From Candidatus Jordarchaeales archaeon (GTDB taxonomy: Archaea; Asgardarchaeota; Jordiarchaeia; Jordiarchaeales; Freyrarchaeaceae), in the NCBI GenBank assembly GCA_038858525.1, contig JAWCFL010000001.1:170120-202119 (forward strand): a DNA stretch of 32,000 bases. The letters run 5' to 3'. The stretch's first letter is position 1, and each line of letters begins with the position of its first letter. Position numbers and translations under genes: made by a program. A model generated the notes under the pieces. The model saw only the letters and a program-made list of their open reading frames with translations, was not told where the DNA came from and searched no databases. Positions 27,507-32,000 of this stretch are shown piece by piece.

Positions 27507-29588
27507 ATGAGTGGTGATTCCGAAGATAATAATGAGAAACATAAAAAGCGCCATGTCAACGGTTCTAGAGGGAAAAAAAGTAACGGCGCGGGCGGTAATC
27601 ACAGTAATGGCAGCAATCACAGGCAAAGCGTAAAAGTCCTTGGTCCCGTAAGCAACTTAGAGGAGTACGTTCCACACGACTGGTGGAGTCGAATCTTCAA
27701 CTCGCTTTACCTAAAGACTGACGGGGACGTTGTAGACGACCAAGAGATTACGCGTTACGAAGTGGACTTGTTCTCCTCGATCCTAAAGCTTAAGCCTGAA
27801 GACAGGATCCTCGATTTGTGCTGCGGTCAGGGACGCCACTCCTTGGAGCTAGCGAGGAGAGGATATAAGTTCGTTGAGGGACTTGATAAGTCGCATTACC
27901 TGATACATAAAGCTAAGGAAAGAGCGAAAAAAGAAGGGTTAAATGTCAGGTTCAGGGTTGGCGATGCGAGAAAGTTACCCTACCCACCGGACACTTTTGA
28001 CGTCGTGATGATCTTGGGGAACAGCTTCGGCTACTTTGAAACGGTATACGACGACCTTAGAGTGCTAAAGGAGGTTTTCAGGGTTCTGAAGCCGTGGGGC
28101 CGGGTTCTAATAGATGTAGCTGACGGAGAATACCTCAAGGAGCACTTCCAGCCTCGCTCGTGGGAATGGGTGGACAAGAAGCACTTCGTTGTCCGAGAGC
28201 GCTCATTATCAGCTGACCGGCAACGCCTCATATCCCGAGAGATAATCACGCATGTTGAGAAGGGAGTTATTGCAGACCACTTCTATGCGGAAAGGCTCTA
28301 CACGAAAGAAGGACTCAGAGACCTCTTGCAGCAAGCCGGCTTAAGCGACGTCACTATTCACGGGGACTTAACGACGTTTTCTAAGCGCAACCAAGATTTA
28401 GGAATGATGGAGAAACGCATAGTAATCACCGCCATAGCCAAGAAAGAGTGGACGCCGATAAAGAGAAGAGAAAAAGAGTCACTCTTAACGGTCGCAGTAA
28501 TCCTAGGCGACCCAACTAAACGCGACCCACTAAAACCCGGCGGGGTATTCGACGAAGACGACATTTACACGATCGACGCGCTCAAGGACGCGTTAAGACA
28601 ACTTAATGGCTACAACTTCATATACCTAAACAACCACGATAACTTACTCCAAGACTTGATTAAACTCAAGCCGAAAATAGATTACGTCTTCAACTTGTGT
28701 GATGAAGGATTTAACAACGATCCAAGAAAAGAGTTACACGTCCCAGCGATACTTGAAATGCTCAATATACCTTATACCGGCTCAGGGCCACAACCTCTAG
28801 CCCACTGCTATGATAAATCCCTGATAAGGGGATTGGCGAGAGAAATGGGGATTCCTGTTCCCAAGGCAGTCCTGATTAAGCCAGAAGACGAATCCGTCGA
28901 GATACCCTTCGGCTTTCCGGCCATAGTAAAGCCAAACTTCGGCGACTCAAGCTTTGGAATCACATGTAGGTCAGTGGTTAACAACTCCGAGGAGCTCCTA
29001 AACGCCATAGCCGAAATACGCGAAAGGTTTGGCTACAACAGACCAATACTTATCGAGGAGTTCTTGACCGGAAAGGATCTAACAGTAGGAATAATAGGAA
29101 ACGTACCTGATTCCTACATGGTTCTACCCATAACGGAAGAAGACTACTCGAGTCTACCAGAAGGAATGCCTCCGATTTGTGGCTACGAAGCAAAATGGCT
29201 TCCCGACTCGCCATACTGGAATATTAAAACGAAGCCAGCGGAGCTACCGCCTGAAACAGAAACGATCATTGTAAAGTCGTGCATCAGCCTCTTTGAACGA
29301 CTCGAAATCAGAGACTACTGCAGGTTCGACTGGAGGCTTGACGCAAACGGAAGGCCAAAGCTTCTCGAGGTCAACCCCAACCCCGGATTGGGTGCACCTA
29401 ACGGTGCGCCGCACGGAAGGTGTTGGGACGGGCACCTCGCAAAGATGGCGAAGTTCGCAGGGATGTCTTACGCTGAGATGCTAGGAGCCATCCTAAGGGC
29501 GGCAGAGCAGAGACTGGGCATCCGACCGAAATACGAGAAATATGAGAAGGTAGGGGAGGAAGCCCGGGTAGAGGCGAGGGCAACATAA
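27507..29588 (+). CDS. Class I SAM methyltransferase fused to a D-Ala-D-Ala-ligase-like ATP-grasp domain; probably join(27507..29388,29419..29588)
   Basis: ILDLCCGQGRH, GDAR and GNSFGYF (methyltransferase); NLCDEG, IPYTGS, VKPNFGDSSFGI, IEEFL, RFDWR and LEVNPNPG (ATP-grasp). ATG 27507 preferred over the track start at 27456. Confidence 0.9.
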   Translation: MSGDSEDNNEKHKKRHVNGSRGKKSNGAGGNHSNGSNHRQSVKVLGPVSNLEEYVPHDWWSRIFNSLYLKTDGDVVDDQEITRYEVDLFSSILKLKPEDRILDLCCGQGRHSLELARRGYKFVEGLDKSHYLIHKAKERAKKEGLNVRFRVGDARKLPYPPDTFDVVMILGNSFGYFETVYDDLRVLKEVFRVLKPWGRVLIDVADGEYLKEHFQPRSWEWVDKKHFVVRERSLSADRQRLISREIITHVEKGVIADHFYAERLYTKEGLRDLLQQAGLSDVTIHGDLTTFSKRNQDLGMMEKRIVITAIAKKEWTPIKRREKESLLTVAVILGDPTKRDPLKPGGVFDEDDIYTIDALKDALRQLNGYNFIYLNNHDNLLQDLIKLKPKIDYVFNLCDEGFNNDPRKELHVPAILEMLNIPYTGSGPQPLAHCYDKSLIRGLAREMGIPVPKAVLIKPEDESVEIPFGFPAIVKPNFGDSSFGITCRSVVNNSEELLNAIAEIRERFGYNRPILIEEFLTGKDLTVGIIGNVPDSYMVLPITEEDYSSLPEGMPPICGYEAKWLPDSPYWNIKTKPAELPPETETIIVKSCISLFERLEIRDYCRFDWRLDANGRPKLLEVNPNPGLGAPNGAPHGRCWDGHLAKMAKFAGMSYAEMLGAILRAAEQRLGIRPKYEKYEKVGEEARVEARAT
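29389..29418 (+). other. Probable relaxed BHB intron, 30 nt, in-frame and stop-free
   Basis: Bulges AU^U and AA^G; central CCGG/ACGG (3 pairs plus G.A); 8-bp stem GGUGCACC/GGUGCGCC with a UAAC loop; exon helix CCCAAC/GUUGGG. Removal converts NPGLGAPNGAPHGRCWDG into NPGWCWDG. Confidence 0.75.
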
Positions 29589-29626
29589 AAGGCGCCGCAT
29601 TCACCCATTAATTTTTCTATTTTTTG

Positions 29627-30796
29627 TTATTTTTCGCATATGAAAACTTTGACGTTCAAATTGCCATATTTGACCTGTCTTTCGTGAGTTATGGGTAAGT
29701 TCTCTTTTTCAGACAGTGATTTAACGAGTTTGACGTGTGGAGTGATTATGCATAGTTTTCCGTTGCTCGTTAACAGGTGACGAGCGACCCTGAAAAGCGC
29801 ACGGTAGACTACTTCCACTCTTTGAGGGTGGCCAACCCTTAACCCGAAAGGGGGATTTGACACTATAAGCTCGAAGGATCCTTGTTGGTCTTCCACGTAA
29901 TCCTCAAGCCTTCTCGCTTTGAAATTTATAGCATCACCCACCATGATAATCTTTGCATGCCTCTTTGCGCTTTCAACATACTTTTCTTTGATGTCACTTC
30001 CAGTTATGAGCGGCTTCTCGTAATGCTTTATTTTGCTGTCTAATTCGTTAAAAATGCTTTCAGGGTCAAGTTCGGGAAAAGGGGGGCGCCTAACAACTTG
30101 GAGGGTTTTTTTCCTCAAGTATGCTGCTGGAATATTTCTGGCCATACAGGCAGCTTCAATGCATATGGTTCCTAATCCACACATGGGATCTAAAAGGTTT
30201 TTCGTCCCGTCCCAACCGACGACCCTTAACATGGATGCAGCTAAAATGGGGCTTAAAGGAGCAGGATGAATTACCTCTGTCCTGTAACCCCTCCTCTCCA
30301 AAGAAGTGTCTCCCGTTAGGTCAAGGGCAAAGTAGAAGCGGTCATGTAAAACGTAACTCCTAAATATCACGTCTGGCTCGTCTAAGTTAACTCTTTGCTT
30401 GTAGTTCTTTTCCTTAAGAATACGGTCTATTACTGCTTGTCCAACGACGTGGGCTACGTCTATTGAGGTGTAATCATGCGCCCCGACCCTTTTACTTCTA
30501 ACAGCGAAGGAGTCACTGCTGGTTAGAAATGAGGTGAAGTCTGACGAGTATACTGCGTTATATATCTTTTTTAGGTCTTTTTGCGTGCCGTCAAGGTCTG
30601 CTTCAGTTAATTTAAGCATGACTCGTTTAACTAAGCGTGCAAGGTAAAGTAACCTTACCGCGTCTTCTATTCTATTAATGTTGAGAGCGATTCTTCCCGG
30701 GCCATCTATGCGCGCTTTTCTGTCAAGTATTTCCTGCGCTTCTTCGGCGGCAAGGTCTTCTACTCCCGCCGCTGTGGTTGCGAAAACTGTGAACAA
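29627..30796 (-). CDS. trm14: THUMP-domain tRNA (guanine-N2) methyltransferase, Trm14-like
   Basis: THUMP (SFAVRSKRVGAHDYTSIDVA...VNLDEPD), SLERRGYR...PAPL, DPMCGLGTI and SNPPFG motifs. Confidence 0.85.
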   Translation of the reverse strand: MFTVFATTAAGVEDLAAEEAQEILDRKARIDGPGRIALNINRIEDAVRLLYLARLVKRVMLKLTEADLDGTQKDLKKIYNAVYSSDFTSFLTSSDSFAVRSKRVGAHDYTSIDVAHVVGQAVIDRILKEKNYKQRVNLDEPDVIFRSYVLHDRFYFALDLTGDTSLERRGYRTEVIHPAPLSPILAASMLRVVGWDGTKNLLDPMCGLGTICIEAACMARNIPAAYLRKKTLQVVRRPPFPELDPESIFNELDSKIKHYEKPLITGSDIKEKYVESAKRHAKIIMVGDAINFKARRLEDYVEDQQGSFELIVSNPPFGLRVGHPQRVEVVYRALFRVARHLLTSNGKLCIITPHVKLVKSLSEKENLPITHERQVKYGNLNVKVFICEK

Positions 30797-30802
30797 GCCG
30801 GG

Positions 30803-31525
30803 TCACTCTTCTACTTTTAGTTGAGCGGAAAGACAGTCTCTGATTTTCCTCAGAACCCCTAAAAGCGTGTAAATTTCTCTTCCACTAATCCAAGCTCTTG
30901 AAATTATGTTTTTAAATGCTTTTTCTACTAATGGAATTTTCTCCTGCCGGTATCCTAGCATCTGGATGATTTCTCTGAAAAACTTGATGGCTTGCTCTCG
31001 TTCCACTCTGCCTGCTGCCTTGGCCTTAAACCTTCTACTACCAGTTGACAAGGCCTTGAATAGCTCATAAAGGATTATCGCTACAGCATGAGATAGGTTA
31101 AGAGTCGGGTACATAGCTGAAGTAGGTATTGTGACGACGATGTCCGCCAGTTTTAGTTCTTCATTTGTTAGTCCGATGCTTTCTCTTCCAAACAAGATTG
31201 CTACTCGCCCCCTAACGTTCTTCAGTCCTTCGGCGAGCAGTTGAGGAGTGATGGCTGTTCTAAAAACATGGTACTGGTCTCCAAGCTTAGCTGTGGTTGC
31301 TACGACGCAGTCCACGTCGGACAGCGCCTCTTCAAGGCTGCTTACTATACGGGCTTTTTCTAAAACGTCTCTTCCATGCTTGGCTCGCGCGTACGCCTCG
31401 TCCATCGAGGAAAACTTTGGGTTTACAATGACGAGTTCTCCCATGAAGTTTTTGATCAGCCTAGCTGTTGCTCCGACGTTACCTGGATGTTCTGGCTCGA
31501 CAAGTACTACAATGATCTCACACAT
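30803..31525 (-). CDS. trmJ: SPOUT RNA methyltransferase, TrmJ/LasT family
   Basis: LVEPEHPGNVGATAR, FGRESIGLTNEEL and YPTLNLSHAV motifs. Confidence 0.88.
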   Translation of the reverse strand: MCEIIVVLVEPEHPGNVGATARLIKNFMGELVIVNPKFSSMDEAYARAKHGRDVLEKARIVSSLEEALSDVDCVVATTAKLGDQYHVFRTAITPQLLAEGLKNVRGRVAILFGRESIGLTNEELKLADIVVTIPTSAMYPTLNLSHAVAIILYELFKALSTGSRRFKAKAAGRVEREQAIKFFREIIQMLGYRQEKIPLVEKAFKNIISRAWISGREIYTLLGVLRKIRDCLSAQLKVEE

Positions 31526-31541
31526 GGTCCTTTTACCTCAA

Positions 31542-32000
31542 TTACGAGGTGTGTATCTGTATGGTGTCGCCGTCCATTAGTACGTGGTCCAGACCAACTT
31601 TTTCACCGTCATACTTTGCTGAGGGACCATATACCTTGGCGTAACTGAAGTTTTTGAGCATAGAAGGACGTATGCGTTTAACTGCGTCGCGAACCGTTGC
31701 GCCTTTCCTTAGAACGATGGGCTTATCCGACCTTGGCCCTCCTGGCTCCTTGGTATATACGCGTATTATATTTAGAGAGGAGAAGAAGGCGCTACTTAGC
31801 TCCTCCAACCCTTTACCTGTGAGGGAGGAAACCGGGTATATCGGGAAACTTGAACCGTAACGTTCCCTCAGCAACTTAAAGTTCCCTGCGCGTCCCGGGG
31901 CGTCGCCCTTATTGGCGACTATCAGTGCAGGTTTAAAGGATGCTGATTCGTCCATCGCCAACTTTACATCCTCAGTGGTTACAGGCTCCTTTATATGGAC
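31542..32000 (-). CDS. DRG/OBG-family GTPase, C-terminal part with TGS domain; 5'-truncated by the window edge
   Basis: Frame is open from 32000 (VHIKEPVTTEDVKLAMDE...KPALIVANKGD...IRVYTKEPG...AKVYGPSAKYDGEKVGLDHVLMDGD). Confidence 0.9.
   Translation of the reverse strand, partial: VHIKEPVTTEDVKLAMDESASFKPALIVANKGDAPGRAGNFKLLRERYGSSFPIYPVSSLTGKGLEELSSAFFSSLNIIRVYTKEPGGPRSDKPIVLRKGATVRDAVKRIRPSMLKNFSYAKVYGPSAKYDGEKVGLDHVLMDGDTIQIHTS

Noticed and set aside
1-32000. tRNA, rRNA, CRISPR array, integrase or transposase
   Set aside because: No cloverleaf, rRNA-like segment, regularly spaced repeat array or recombinase motif was seen.

Overview
Archaeal core-genome window, probably TACK or Asgard (inferred from protein features such as a eukaryote-like STT3/AglB; not determinable from this window alone). 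It holds the distal spc-type ribosomal cluster (L19e to cbf5), rpl44e-rps27e-eIF2a, nop10, aglB, rps3ae, the rps15/KEOPS/rpoE/eIF2g cluster, EF-1a, aroD, rpl10e, dcd, a methyltransferase/ATP-grasp fusion, two tRNA methyltransferases and a partial DRG GTPase. The main result is six short insertions (14-31 nt) in five protein-coding genes: cbf5, rpl44e, kae1, eIF2-gamma (two) and the methyltransferase/D-Ala-D-Ala-ligase-like fusion. Each folds into a bulge-helix-bulge (BHB) motif. Cutting after the 2nd nucleotide of each 3-nt bulge, the tRNA-splicing-endonuclease rule, restores the reading frame and the conserved motif in every case. To my knowledge only the cbf5 intron is a well-established archaeal mRNA intron, so this looks like a lineage with pervasive tRNA-type splicing of mRNAs for essential genes. 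All structures were folded by eye, and no RNA evidence is available.
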